DNA of 64,000 nucleotides from Octopus vulgaris (GCA_951406725.2 OX597831.1:63612001-63676000); one strand, 5' to 3'; counted from the first letter of the stretch, positions 14,799 through 29,059 are shown. The notes: generated from the sequence alone by a model not told the origin. Numbers and translations: made by a program.

Positions 14799-15453
14799 AA
14801 TTTCTATGTAAGTAAATAATTGGCGCATATTATTTGCTGATTTTCAGTATTTAATATATTAAATATAGAATTAAAACAGATTATATCTAATATAGGTCAG
14901 TGGACGGACAGGGGTGAACACTTAAGTTTTAATATATCATTTCACTTTTAGCTCTTACGTCTTAATGTCTTGTGAATTAGATAACGGAAGGGTCGACGTG
15001 GGCACCTTGCTGAGCTGATCTTAGAGCATTTGTTGGGCCTTGATCCGGCTCTGATTGCCATTCTAATTATGTATAATAGCTTGACAAGTTCTCTTTGATG
15101 AGACATACTAGTTTGACTTTCTGATGGCTTATAGTAGTTTAAGACACTCTTTTACGCTGCCTGTGCAAGTATTATATGTAACTTTTATTCGTAATCTATG
15201 ATGCTGTAGTATTTTGATGCTATCTATATAATGTTACGATATGATCTTTGATGATACGATAATCTGATATCATCTTGATGTTATATAGTTACTTGGTTCG
15301 GAGTATACAGTAGTTAAACACTTTTGATCGCAGCATAATGTAATGCCAGATTTCAGAGTGTGTGTGTGTGCAAAGTCAGTTACTGTATAAGTATGTTCAC
15401 ATACACACACCGTGATGAAAATATGAAATCTATCAAAACTGCTGTAGAAATCT

Positions 15454-15600
15454 CTACTACTACTAATACTACTGCTGCTGCTACTACTACTACTATTTCT
15501 TCTTCTTCTTCTTCTTCTTCTTCTTCTTCTTCTTCTTCTTCTTCTTCTTCTTCTTCTTCTTCTTCTTCTTCTTCTTCTTCTTCTTCGTCTGCTTCTTCTT
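15454..15600. repeat. Compound (CTA)n/(CTG)n/(CTT)n microsatellite
   Basis: Direct reading. Confidence 0.95.
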
Positions 15601-16149
15601 AGTGGTGTGTCATTGTTACTAAAACAGGATGTACTGAACGTTATGATTAAATAAACTTTAACATCATTTTATGAAGTAAAATGGCTCGTATAAATGCAAG
15701 TATACTTTTGTCTATAGATAATGCAGAAAACGGGAAATGTAAATGTAGAAAGTATCTTAGTAGCACACGTTGAATATACGCTTCCAGCGAATATCTGAGT
15801 TTCAGTAAAAGCTTGTAAGTGCAATCTTAACGCGAAGAAATTGTGGCACTTGAGGACGATTGAATAAAGGAAAAATAGAAGTGAAAAAGGAAGAAAGCAA
15901 AAAACTTCCATCTTTCTCACACTAGTAATATGTCAGATATATATATGGAAATGTAATTAGGATAATGACATGTTTCTCAACATGGTTCTTTAATATAACA
16001 CACAAGCTGAACACGATTTGTTTTAAATGCCTATTTCTGTTTAGATAACATTTCTTATACGCAACAAGTAGTTCTTGTATCTATTTCTATTATAATTTAT
16101 TCACTAAAATGTGTCATTATACTACCAATATTAAGAGAAACCGTTCAGT

Positions 16150-17100
16150 GTAACCAATGAAATAAATTTAAAACAAAGATGCGGCATTGTTCTACTTTGT
16201 ATCATTCTGTGTGCGATAAAAGCTCATGGTTGATCAAAATTGAAGTTGATTCCTAATATTTTACAGTCTGTATTCGGAACGCCGTCTTAAATTTGAACAG
16301 TGTTTGGCGCATCACTACATCTCATTAACACACAAGAGCTTTTAACCAATTTTTGTCTGTATTTACCATTTTCATTCAGACAGTTTCTTCAACTGATTTG
16401 CTTATAAAGTCACCACTGAAGAATATATTATGTAGTATATTCAAGAACAAACCATGTTGGAAGAGTTTGTTATATACCACATAAGACATTGGAAAACGTT
16501 TTGATTTCTGCGCTTTTAGCTAATGAAGAATGGTACATGAGTGGCATACAGGTCAAGTGGTTGGCTATGAACAGTGTGCAATGGCATATTGTTCATAGCC
16601 AACCTCTTCACTTCTCTGTCAGCAGTCTTCTCTTTGGCTCCCTGCTTGCGACTCTCGGTCAAATTTTAACGTGGTTTTATTTCTGTAACAGTCGAAACTT
16701 CATTTAGAGGTTTCAAATCTAACATGGGACGTTGATCTCTTGAAACTTCTAACAATATAGTTACTCAAAGTGCATTTTTATGATTTCAGGAGCTTCATTC
16801 TCAGCCCGATAGTTATTTCCTTTCATAAAGTATCCGTGAAAATATATGAACCTCATCGAATGAGAGTGATATATTTTTTGCTTTTGGATTTTTGATACAT
16901 ATTTTCACATTTGCGAAGTTAGCATCAAGTTATCTGAATCTATTTAGATATGGAAATTTCAGCTTGAAAGAGAAACTCTGTGAAGTCTTGATTTCTGCAT
17001 ACAGCGCTATTAAATCTTGCTCGTTTTCAGCAGGGGAATATATTAACAAGATTATGTTACTTTTACAGAAGAGGTATGTGAAATAAGCACAAGTTAGTCA
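16150..17100 (-). pseudogene. Heavily decayed P-element/THAP9-like transposase
   Basis: Minus-strand translation across frameshifts gives LKFP..(LxLP-like), ISLSFDEVHI (16843-16872; first catalytic D motif) and KSV..RNCLNE (KxxRNxWL-like) in the expected order. Confidence 0.5.
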
Positions 17101-18125
17101 CATATTTTAGTGTAGGATTATTGATTGTATTATGGAAATGTATCTAGCAAAAATGGTTTGATGTTTTTAATAGACTAATCATAAATTTAATATCAAAGAT
17201 CACCTGTATAACATGACAAGGTTATAGCGCTGGTCATCTCATGAATAACTAGTAAAGGAGAATATAATGATTTGAAATTGTTATATAAAAAAATGTCATG
17301 CCTCTCTTGATAACACCTAGTGCTAATCTATTGGCTCCAGTGGTTATACGATTGTAAATAATCAGACTAATGGTCATAGGAATAATTAACTCCAAAATTT
17401 CGTGCTTCTTATCCGTTGCTAATATCAGAATGCTGATTCTCCTAATAAAATAAGACCGGAGAGCAAGAATTACGAGGTTGGAGAAAGTTTAAAAATTAAT
17501 CAGTAAAATATCGCTATTGAATAATATCAGAGCGAAATATTTGATTCAAGATCAAAAAGTTGCCGTTATGAGATACGTTATTCTTTAAGAGTTATCTTTC
17601 ACAAGTACGAACAAAGAATGATACGTCACTCAATGAATATTAGATGACACAAACGTAACTCTTTGATAGGAACTGCTTGACTAAAAGCCTAGACGAGAAG
17701 GGAGATGAAGCCACCCCTCTAGATGATTACTTCTAAAATATTTTCTCTTTCAATCTTACAGTTTAATAGATCTCTCGTTATGAAAGTAGGTGGAGTAGCT
17801 CCCTTGACTGTAACTCTATATTGGTGTAGCGATATGTGTGAACGAGAAAGAAAGTGAGGGAGAAAGGGGTTTTGCTGTTTAGACCCAGATAAGTTCCATA
17901 AAAGTATTTCGCCCGTGACGATCCCCGTTTTTAGCATACTGCAAAATTCCCTCTATAAAAAAAGCACTCCTACACAACAACAATTACCAATATTAGTAAT
18001 TATGTCATTAGCCGGCTATGTTTACCCCCGCCAATTTTTATATTTAAAAAAGCACAATAATGTAATAAAGTTTTATAATTTTTATTATATATCAATTTGT
18101 TTTATAGAAAATAAAATGTTATAAG

Positions 18126-18380
18126 GTGGCTGTGTGGTAAGAAGCTTGCTTCCCAACCACATGGTTCCGGGTTCAGTCCTACGACGTGGCACCCTGGGAA
18201 AGTGGTGTTGGCGTGTTAGCATCCCCGTAACATAGCAGTTCGGCAAATATGACAGATAGAATAAGTACTATGCTTTCAAAGAATAAGTCCTGGGGTCAAT
18301 TTCCTCGACGAAAACCCTTTAAGGTGGTGCTCCTGCTTAGCTGCAGTCAAATGACTGAAACAAGTAAAAGAAGAAAAGAA
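18126..18380 (+). mobile_element. Family C SINE (tRNA head + CORE-like segment), internally deleted
   Basis: GTGGCTGTGTGGTAAG..GGTTCAGTCC head; tail GCAGTCAAATGACTGAAACAAGTAAAAG. Confidence 0.8.
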
Positions 18381-18394
18381 TATGATACCAATAT

Positions 18395-18570
18395 TTTCAA
18401 CAGCTGTTCGTCCGTCTCCACGTTCTGAGTTCAAATCCTATCGAGGTTGACTTAGCATTTCATCATTTCGAGATCGATAAAATAAGTACTAGTTGAACAC
18501 TAGGATCAATGTGATTAACTTACTCCTCCACCGAAATTGCTGGCCTTGTGCCAAAACTTGAAATCAATAT
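18395..18570 (+). mobile_element. Family B SINE, degenerate
   Basis: CGTTCTGAGTTCAAAT..TTTCATC..GATAAAATAAGTAC..GCTGGCCTTGTGCCAAAA. Confidence 0.7.
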
Positions 18571-18627
18571 TTTTAACAGTTGTACAACACTGCACCTCAT
18601 TCATGTTACTCAAGGTTTTATAAAGCA

Positions 18628-19016
18628 ACTAGCAGTATCGCCCGGCGTTGCTCAGGTTTGTAAGGGAAATAACTATAAAGCATTTTTAGAGAGTTATAGC
18701 CAAAAAATAGCAAAAAAATGGAAAAAAATGATGGTAAATTTTTTTTTGAGATTTAAAAAAGGTGGAGTTGCGTCCCCATGACAGTTTGTGGTTTGTGTTT
18801 CTCATTGTCGACCCCATGTCGAATTTATCGATTTTTTTCAGAACTGGGGGAACTTTTCAAAATTTTCGCTGCGTTAGTTTTGAATTATGACATTGGGCTA
18901 TGTGTGTGTCAAGTTTCATCAGAATCGGTTGAAAGCCGTGGTCAGGGTGAGGGTACAAGCAAACAGACACACAGAAACACGCACAGACAAACTGCCGTTT
19001 ATATATAGAGAGAGAT
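18628..19016 (+). mobile_element. Non-autonomous Helitron/Helentron (HINE/DINE-1-like) element
   Basis: Starts ACTAGCAGTATCGCCCGGCGTTGCTC, has AAGTTTCATCAGAATCGG and ACAGACA-type repeats, ends TTTATATATAGAGA; no TSD. Confidence 0.6.
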
Positions 19017-20422
19017 TTAGGTAGGTCCAAAATCGAAATATGTTATTATATAATTTGTGAACTGCCTATGGTATCCAGAATTACGTTGAGCAACAGTCTA
19101 TTTTTGCAGGCAGAGTGATTGCTTGGACGCTCTTTCGTGGTATCGAAAGGAAACGGAGCAAATATAGAACGGAATGGAGAGGATATTACAGAAATCCCAA
19201 AATGTTCCCTTCGGAATATATTCTTAGAAAAGATATATTTGAAATAGTTTGCACACTACGAAAGCTTTGAAAACCCTTGAGACACATACATGATAAACTA
19301 GATTGTATATAGATTTATGTGTCTGAAAGATCGAATCAGAATGCTCTTTGTGAGAAGACAATTGAAATAGAATTCATATTTTATACTGATAGAAAGGCAG
19401 TTCACGGAACTGTTAACTCCAGTTTGCTATTTCTACACTCTGATTTGAGTGGTATATTCTCCGATGATTACTTTCTGAGGTTATATGATTCACACACACA
19501 CACACACACACACACAAACATCACAACACAACACGCTCATACAGACGCGCACGCACACACGAAACACTATTTGACTCGAAGTTTTCAAGATCTTGTTTTT
19601 ATTTTTTCTTACGTATGATTACAATATTAATTTATATTGCCTCGGCGCAAAGAAATGGGATTTTGTGATATCCACACCTGTCCTACGGGCATTGGCAGTT
19701 AAGTGAGATTTCTTTGCGACTGAAATCACTTCGTAGTTTCGGCTGCTTGCTGAGAGCTTATCTCTTACGCTACAGTATTTGCCTTTGGGCTTCAACGATG
19801 TTACTTCCTACATTGATACTAGACGATGACGATATTGGTCAGATGTAAAATAGATTGAATCGAAACCTTGCATATTACAGATGCAATTTTTTTTATATTG
19901 ACTCCAGAGATATCAAGACAATCCAGAGTTTAATTTCAACATAATGAAATTATGACATGTCCAATACTTTACCGTTCCCATTATCCGTCACTCTTGAATG
20001 GCACCTTAGAGACTGTTGCAGAATTAGTTCTTTTAACTGAAAAGTAGATACGGATTCAAAGAGTAAATAATTAAAAGTTCTGCTGATTACATGATGTGGG
20101 GTTCTCCTCATGAGACGAGATCACTAAAACATTAGATTATAGCTTTAACAAGACATCGATAAAAGGTTACACAGCCAATTAGACATACTTCTAAAACGAT
20201 GGGATAATCACGATCGGAGTGGACACGCTCCTGAGTATATCTGCTCCTGAGTATGTCTGCTCCGCTAAGTTCAACCTAAGGCTAAAAGACGGTAACAAAG
20301 ATTTTTCATTCGACTACAGTTTATATTAAACCTTGAACTGATGTTATTTTATTTCCAATCGTAGTCTCACATGCATTAACTATGAATAAAGATTATCTTC
20401 ACTTTTTACCATATAACGTCAG

Positions 20423-20848
20423 GGTTTGAAGGGCAGTTTTTTCTAGCGGTGTCATATGAAATTGTCACCCACAATTATGACCCTAGTATCGATCTATTGC
20501 ATTTCAATCTATTTTAGGGTTAGGGTTAGTTAGGGTTAGGGTTAGGGGTGGGGGGAAGGGTATATTTTTTTCTTCACAAACGTAAATAAACCAAATCTGT
20601 TTCTTAAACGAGGGACATATTCATACGGCACAGAATGTTTTTTTTTTACCTCAATAGATGTCATTGATTGGTTGAAATTGCAGAAATTGAAGAAAAAAAC
20701 AACAAATATCTTACAAACTATAGAATTTTCTCAATAAAGCATAGAGAAAAAGATGTTTTATAAACACATTCTACCAGTATACGAAGTTTAAAAAATTTTA
20801 GTTACCTAGAAATTATGTTAAAAACAGCCGTTCAAACCGAAAAGATCC
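20423..20848 (+). mobile_element. Merlin-like MITE copy 6 (left TIR tip lost)
   Basis: Starts at GGTTTGAAGGGCAGTTTT; intact right TIR; long TTAGGG tract. Confidence 0.9.
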
Positions 20849-21697
20849 CAGTGTCCAAATTTTAGGTTTTTTTTTTTAATCCTATCTGTCATTTTTATCT
20901 ACGTTAATAATCGAAAAACCTCGTATATCACAGTTATTTCTGTTTATTTTCTAAAATGAGGGAAGAACTGGTTTCCAAACTAATTTTTTCTAAATCATTA
21001 CATATATTTTCCTCTTTGCTTTATTTATTCTTTCAGTAACACTGGATTACAGTTATAACAATTCCTTTTATCCAAACCAGGCAAAAATAAATATAGGCAA
21101 ATGTTAAATTCCTTCTGTTTGCCTACGGATGCTCTTTATAATTCGCGTGCTACTCATTTTCTTATATAATTGGCTAATTTCATTGTCTCCATCTTCCAAA
21201 CAACTGTCAGATCCTGCTCTACGTTTATTTTAGATGTTTACTCAGCCTCTTTGCGCGTGAAATAAATTCACTAATTTCTCCAGACAGTCGTTTTTCTTTC
21301 TCTCACTCTCCCATCAGAACTTAGATCTTATTTTAGAAGCCGTGAAACGAAACTAAATTAAGCAAAATCTTAACAGGAGAAGTTAGAAATCTGTGTTCTC
21401 TTGAGAAAAATTCCCAGTTCACAGGCAGAAATATCTCAAAACTTTTGTTGGAATGTTTCTTTTAATTGCATATCTTATGGATGCAAATAAAAAAAAAAAA
21501 AGCAATCTAGTTTTTTTTCGAAAAGGATTTCATCGTTGATACTTGCCACATCATAAAATAAGCTCCACATTTTGAACCAACAGAGAAGTATCTATATGTG
21601 ATCGCTCTACCTGTTAGAAATAGCAGCTAAATCTCCATCACACTATTCTTCAACTATGTAAAAAAGTGTAAGAATTCACAAGATAATAGAAACAAGT

Positions 21698-21698
<1 letters not shown>

Positions 21699-21766
<68 letters not shown>

Positions 21767-21803
21767 TAGATAGAAAGATAGACAGACAGACAGACAGATA
21801 GAT

Positions 21804-21863
<60 letters not shown>

Positions 21864-21880
21864 TAATAATAATAATAATG
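21699..21880. repeat. (GATA)n/(GACA)n then (AAT)n
   Basis: Direct reading. Confidence 0.95.
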
Positions 21881-22086
21881 ATTTCAAATTTTGACACAAG
21901 GCCAGTAATTTCAGAGGAAGGGGGTTTAGTCGTTTACATCGATCCCAGTGTTTAACTGGTACTTATTTTATCAACTCGAAAGGATGAAAAGCAAAGGCGA
22001 CCTCGGCGGAATTTGAACTCAGTACGTAAGGACAGACGAAATGCTGCTAAGCGTTTTTATCTAATGCGCTAACGATTCTATCAGCT
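21880..22086 (-). mobile_element. Family B SINE
   Basis: Match to the other copies. Confidence 0.8.
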
Positions 22087-22249
22087 AATTTTGATCGTGA
22101 TCCTGTGGATTTCGGCGTGTAAGTCTTTGAAGGAGAGGATTTAAAAAATTTTTAAATAAAAAAAATAAAGGATTTTTAAAAAATAAGTCGCATCTGTTGT
22201 ATTTGTGATGCATGAATTTAATTTGAGTCCAAGTATGACTATCGTTATG

Positions 22250-23200
22250 AAGTCACAATGCGAACCATAATGATTTTGCCAGGGGTTGGACAAATGTCTC
22301 TATTGATTCTTTTACTGTTATGTTTCTGCAACTCAAATTGTTTAGATGCATAATGACACATTTTGCTAACTCAGATCGACCTAGACAATAACTTTCACAA
22401 AGTTTAAATTAAGCTCTACGGATTTTAATGATTGTTTCAACTTAACCAATATATCTTAGCAGGAAGGTCTTCCTTTGCCGCGAAATAATTCTACATGATA
22501 GCCATACAAAAGGATTTTCGGAATGCGATCATCTTCCATTCGAAAAACATGGCCTGCCCATCCGCACTGAGTTTTCAACAGCATGCTTTCGATACTGGAA
22601 ATATCACATTCTACTAAAATTTTGGCACTTGATATCTTATCATGCTATTTTATGTTGTAGATATTGCGCTGACAATGCATGTAAAATGTTTCAAGTTTCT
22701 TTATATATCTATAGTAGAGAGTCCATACTTCTGCCCCATACAAAAGTATACCCAAGATACAAGATTCGTATACACTTATTTTAGTTTTCAAATTGACTCC
22801 AGGTTCGTCCCACAAACGATGGCAAAATTTTCCAAAGTAATTGATACTCTAATTTTGGTTTCATCATCAAAGGTTTACTGTACTTCCAAGATATTTAAAT
22901 GACCTGACCCATTTGAGTAGTTTATTGTCAATCCTAATCTTGAGCATGTTCTATCTCAGACTTTGGTTGGAATAAAACTTCCGTCTTCTTAATGTCAGCT
23001 CAAATGCAAGAGCTGCCGCAGCAAACCAGTCGACTTTTTCCTGAATTCTTTCAAACGTATGAGAAATCAAAGCGCAATCATCAGCAAACATAAAATCGCG
23101 TAGAATCTCTGACCTGGTCATTTTTTCTTTTGTTCTGAAGATTTATCCGTTTAGGTTTAATACCCTCCGTTAGTAAGAAACTGAAATAATCCTTTCATTT
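22250..23200 (-). pseudogene. Decayed RTE-clade LINE reverse transcriptase (3' half)
   Basis: Minus-strand motifs RDFMFADDCAL (~23068-23100), KKTEVLFQP, FKYLGST, LLYGAEVWTLY, WAGHVFRMEDDRIPKILLYG, with stops and frameshifts. Confidence 0.88.
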
Positions 23201-23424
23201 GTGGCCAAAAGAGCCGCAATATTATTTAGGACAATACAAAGACAAAGGCCAATGGGGATCTACATAGAAACGTGTAAACAATTAAAACTAACAATTTGCA
23301 AGAATATTCTTAACAAGCAAAATCTCAGGTGGTTGGGGGGAACGCCACCCGGGGCAACTAAGGAACCCCTCACAGCTCTCAACTAGCCTGCTCATCGGGA
23401 GTACCATGGCAAATGCTCCCTCCT

Positions 23425-23443
23425 CCCTCTCTTTCTCTCTCGC

Positions 23444-23490
<47 letters not shown>
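23425..23490. repeat. (CT)n microsatellite
   Basis: Direct reading. Confidence 0.95.
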
Positions 23491-23493
<3 letters not shown>

Positions 23494-23687
23494 ATAATTT
23501 TCAGACTACAGACGTCATCCCACCCATTCGGGCAATCCTCGTCATACTCACTTATTTTTCAACAAACTTATTGGGGGTGGCGGAGCAGCGCACCACCTTA
23601 CATTTCAAATGTTATTTTAAAACCCTCACCTTCCATTTCAAATGCTATTTTAAAAAGTCAATGAGGCGTTAGATAGATAAACATAAC

Positions 23688-23941
23688 AGGCAAAGTTGAC
23701 TCAGAACGTTGACATGGACGAAATGTCATAAGCATTATTTCCAGCGCAGTAACGATTCTTTTCTACTCTAAACACAAGGCCTGAAATTTTTAGGGAATGG
23801 GGCCAGTCGATTAGATCGAGCCCAGTACTCAACTGGTACTTAATTTATCGACCCCGAAAGGATGAAAGGCAGAGTCGACCTCGGCGGAATTTAAACTCAG
23901 AACGTAAAGACAGACGAAATACCACTAAGCATTTCGCCCGG
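23688..23941 (-). mobile_element. Joined family B SINE units
   Basis: Junction AACGATTCT|TTTCTACTCTA at ~23751-23770. Confidence 0.8.
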
Positions 23942-25301
23942 CTTAGATATATCGGTCTATACTGATATCAAGTTTATCTTTACAAATACCACAATAATAC
24001 AAACTATTGTGTAGTATTAGAATCCGCCTTTGTCTGTGATTAGGGAAAAGAGCGGTGATAAATGAGAAGAGGAAAATTAACGGTGATTAGAGTGTTCCTG
24101 GAAATAATACTTTAGACGTGTAAGTTATTGACAAACAGTCCTATAACTGTTTGTTATAAGAGAACATAATGGCTGTTTTGTGTTATTTATTTATGCTTTT
24201 GGAACGAAACACCCCGTCAGGAGCTGCATACAGAGTAAGATGTAAAATTATCTTCACACCTCATATTGTCAGAATAAACTGGAATACAATTGGGTCAGTG
24301 AGGTGTGCTACTACGTGGTCCCTCGACTTGCTAGAAATAGGTGACAATTATTTCTCAGAGTATATCTTAAAAGAGGATACATTGGATGATGTACTTCTTT
24401 CCATTTCCCTCTCATTCGCTATCATTGATATGTCAAGAATATGACATAAAGTAAAGGTAGTACGTGCCTAGCTTGATGGCATAAGAACTGACCACATCTG
24501 GTGGATTGGATAACCTTATCATTCGCTATTTATCCATAACACTCACTCCATAAATTCTCCTCCTATCCTTCCCAGCATATTACTATATCTTTTCTCTGCT
24601 CGAGCTCTAAAACCGAATTTAATTACCACAACATATGACAGTACTGCACATATACCAGTTACACCTGTTAACACGCCAAGACCTTATAATGAGTTTATAT
24701 TTACTGTGATTTTTCTTCTAAATTTCGGACTTCATAAGGACACGCACATGAGAGGATTTGACATCACTGTGTCTGTCTATCTGTCTGTCTAACTGTCTGT
24801 CATTCTATGTATATTCATTTTTATATTCCCATTCTTCGATCTGTCTCTTCTTATATGTAAACGTTTACATCTGTATGTATATGAATATATGTGTTGTTTT
24901 GTTTTGTGTGTATGTGTGCATATAGATAGATACATACATACAGACACATACAAATCTACGCCTATATGTAGTACCTTAGCTTGTGTACTCGTAGTAAAGC
25001 CATCCTAGATGCGCGCGCGTTTGCTTGTGTGTTGTAAGCAGTAAAATTACATGGAATCGTTATAATTTGGCGAAATTACTTTTGAAATACACTGGCAATC
25101 TTCAGTTGGTCAGGGAACGTTGATTCACTCATGTATGTATGTATGTATGTATGTATGTATGTATGTATGTATGTATGTATGCATGTATGCATGTATGCAT
25201 GTATGCATGTACGTATGTGTGTGTGTGTGCCTGAATTAAAAAAAAGCTTGTGTTGTCCTTAGGAGCCGTCCTAGACTTCCGGTTGGTATCAACTAACATC
25301 T

Positions 25302-25600
25302 GGAGGCACATGGCCTTGTGGTTAGAGCAGCGGACTCGCGGTCGAGGGATCGCGGGTTCGAATCTCAGATCGGACGATGTGTTTGTTTATGAGCGAAGCA
25401 CCTAAGCTCCACGCGGCTCCGGCAGAAGGTAATGGCGAAACTTCTGCTGACTCTTTCGCCACAACTTTCTCTCACTTTTTCCTCCTGCATCTTGCAGCTC
25501 ACCTGCGACGGACCGGCGTCCCGTCCAGGTGGGGAGCCTATACGCCAAGAAACCGGAAAACCGGCCCTTATGAGCCAGGCATGGCTCGAGAAGGAACAAA
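25302..25600 (+). mobile_element. Family A tRNA-derived SINE, full length
   Basis: A box TGGCCTTGTGGTT, B box GGTTCGAATC; 12-bp TSD CAACTAACATCT (25290-25301, 25601-25612). Confidence 0.9.
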
Positions 25601-26770
25601 CAACTAACATCTACGAGGAATTGATTTACTCAGCAGCATTGCATCCAAACAACTCACGACAAAAAAATAAGCAAATATAGGACAGACCTAAAATATTATT
25701 GTAGTGGAAATATTTTGTAGTGGAAGAACATATTTTTTTTTTAAATATGCTAATTTATATAATTACTGTAAATTACTTTTTTTTTCTCTTTTTGTCAGTA
25801 CCTTTTCCCAGTGACTATTGCAGTGCTTTAGGGATACAATATTTTTCTGTTTGTATTTCTGTCAGGAACCAAATTGTGTGAAGTTTTCCTATTTCATTCC
25901 CTATAAAGTTTTACGGTATCTAAAACTGACGACGATAAAAATATTCATTAGAAATTACTGGAAAGTATTAGCCTATCTTTTGTAGGAAAAAATACAACCT
26001 AATACAAAATATAGGTTAGCTAAGTGCAAAATTGTGGCCTACAATTTGGAACATACTGGCATAGAAACATACAGTGGACTTTATAAATGAAGAATGCACA
26101 AAAGAAGTATGTGGTTATGGATATTCACTACTGGTAAATTACAAATTGCCGAATGAATAATGTGAGATAATGTAGTATAAATTGAATATTTTTACGATGC
26201 CTAAAGCTTCAACAGTTTCTATTAGCCCGCATAGCGTTAAGTTAATAAAGAGTGGATGCAACTCATGACAAAACGGTAAATGTACCGCAGTTAATTTAGA
26301 TAGACGAAGTGAATTATATCCTACGGAGTTCACTTGAAGTGGTTTGTACATGTGAAATCACCCAAGGACATAGTGAACAAAATACTTTATTATAAACCAA
26401 AATCCACACTTTTTCTTATGCGATCTACAACTTTCTAAGCAGTCAAATTTCCTTCATATTATACCCTTAAATATGACTCTTGTAACGGGATGAACTTCGA
26501 CGGTCCCACATCACAGGTATAAATACGATTCGATTAGTCCTCGCCACTCTACTCCACTCGATGGACTGTATAGACGAGTCTTTAACATCACAGGGCTAAA
26601 AGCACTACCCATTCAGTTTTTTGCATCCCTGAAGGTTCTTCTACATTGTCACTCGACCTGCTATAACATAATAGCTAAATCTCCCTCAAATCACACTCTT
26701 TTTTTTTTTAAGTCGTTGAATAATGTAGGTCTGGATTCTCTGCACACAGGAACAAAATAAAACGGTCGCA

Positions 26771-26922
26771 GTTAGTTAAGTTAAGTTAAGTTAATTTTTG
26801 GTTCAAAAAGCAAAAACAAGGCCATGTAGGGGGACATGGAGTTATGTACAGGGAGGGTGCTCATGCAAAGAGTTCAGGCCATTTCTGGTCAAGAGAGATT
26901 TTGAACCGAGCAGTCGTCGGCA
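26771..26922 (-). mobile_element. 5'-truncated CR1-like LINE 3' end
   Basis: Reverse complement matches ~58990-59134; (TTAAC)n tail. Confidence 0.85.
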
Positions 26923-28049
26923 GCCTTTACTGATAAGGTCTACAGATTACAGTAGACCTGTGGCTAGTGTGTGTGTCCTTTACAATTATATCTTAGTGTA
27001 ACTGAATATTGTGATTAAAACGTTCAGTTTTAATCACAATATTTAAATAATCTTGTGAGGACAGGTTTCCTTGATCCTCTTTCTGTATGCAAAATATTTG
27101 AAACATCCAAAAAATAGAAATATATTTTCTCTAAACATTTAAAGTTAGTTAAAAATGAATCAGCCTTTTCAGATCATACAAATGAAGCATATTGCAATGT
27201 CTATGTAACGAAGGAGCTTCTAAACGGTCACTCGACCTGCTAGAAATATCAACAATTTTTGTTTTTACTCACTCCATACTGTCTTAAGAATGAACAATAC
27301 AGTGGATAATATATTCCGGAATATAAAATCAAAAGAATGACATGGTCACGATTGGAATGTCTTTGGTCAGAGATCTATTCAAACAGAACCGACTTCAGAC
27401 TTAAGAATAAAAATAACTAGACTGTAACTCAACTGCTTCCGTGTCTTTCATAATAATGATATCGCATATTGTAATAAATTTGGATAAAATAATCAATAAC
27501 ACATACAACAATAAATTTTCACAAAAATCCAAATCGCCAATTTTTATGTTGCAGCACAAGCAGCAGTCATTCAAAATTTTCAACAGTTTTTATTTATGAT
27601 TTGTTGGTTAAGTTAGGAAGAATATCATCAGCAAAAGGTGTTTCTACTTCTGCTATATTTTCTGGTTCTGTATATTTGTATTGCTTCCAGTAATAAAATT
27701 ATTGTCAGGAATGTCTCCATCGTCAATATTTTCTCCTCGGTTTATATCGGGTTCCAATAGTGCTCCTGAAAGCACTACAATTGCGGAATTAATGGCTCTT
27801 TTTTTTTTGGTCATTTGTTTTTGTCTTTTGTTTTCCTTATTTCCTTTTGTTTTGTTTTTGTTTTTTGTTTTTTACTATTATTTTCCTTTGCCTTCTCTGT
27901 GATCATGATGCAAGAACATTTTCATTACTTGCGTACGTACTAAAAGCGAATGCGGATGATAATCCGTGATGTTTGAGTATGTTGCAAGCTAAGTGATTAT
28001 GTTAAAGTAAAGCTGCTGCAGATTATATACGTATACGTGTGTGTGTATG

Positions 28050-28094
<45 letters not shown>

Positions 28095-28729
28095 TCGATA
28101 ATTTAAAACCATGAACAGTTTGAGGTTGTATAACACGATTTGGACGAATGCCAACGTTTTAAATCACAGATTATATTATTCATAATGTATTGGAGTCAAG
28201 CCTAGCTTAGTTCACTTGTTATTTACAGCAAGTACTGATCACATTGATCTGTAGCTTTTCTTCTTATATGGCTAAAATGCACACGTTTTATGTATATGTA
28301 GTATACATACCTACATATATGCATGCTTATATATATATGTGTGTCCCCAATACATACGTGTGTAAATATATTCAATCAATGTTCACGTGAGTTTCTCCAG
28401 CGTAGTAGAATTCTGTATAATATGTTTTAATACATGAAAAACAAACGAGAGTCTACAGTTGTTTGCACACATAAAACTAGTTACCGGCAATTTTTCGCTT
28501 CTTTCTTTTTTCTTTTTTCTTTCTTTCCTGTTTTTCTCCCTTTTTTTTTCATTTAATATGAAACAGAAGAGAAATGCCGAGAAAGTAAATGACAGATAAA
28601 AATAAAGAGTTTTATTTATCTTTCTTTGTTCCACTCAACAGCTTACCGACGTCTCTGAGAGTCTTGGAGGGTGAGAGACTCAACGACGACGTGAATTTAT
28701 TATTTTGTTGCTATGTAGGACAGATAAAC

Positions 28730-28731
<2 letters not shown>

Positions 28732-28782
<51 letters not shown>

Positions 28783-28807
28783 TGTAGTTGTAGTAGTTGT
28801 AGTAGTT

Positions 28808-28848
<41 letters not shown>

Positions 28849-28867
28849 TGTAGTTGTAGTAGTTGTT

Positions 28868-28922
<55 letters not shown>

Positions 28923-28955
28923 CAGTAGTAGTAGTAGCAGAAGTTGTGTGGATGG

Positions 28956-29016
<61 letters not shown>

Positions 29017-29059
29017 GGTGGTGGTGGTGGTGGTGGTGGTGGTGGTGGTGGTGGTGGTG
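28732..29059. repeat. Compound trinucleotide array (TAG/TTG)n-(TTG)n-(TGG)n
   Basis: Direct reading. Confidence 0.97.

Noticed and set aside
25302-25375. tRNA-like sequences with A and B boxes
   Set aside because: They are heads of ~300-bp SINEs with TSDs, with no proper acceptor stem or terminator.
25365-25680. Recurrent similar ORFs (MFLLEPC.., MAKLLLT.., RPRKDERQSRPRR..)
   Set aside because: Recurrence comes from SINE copies, not from a gene family.
27600-27800. Acidic minus-strand peptide resembling a piggyBac N-terminus
   Set aside because: Too short, and no TTAA-CC terminus identified.
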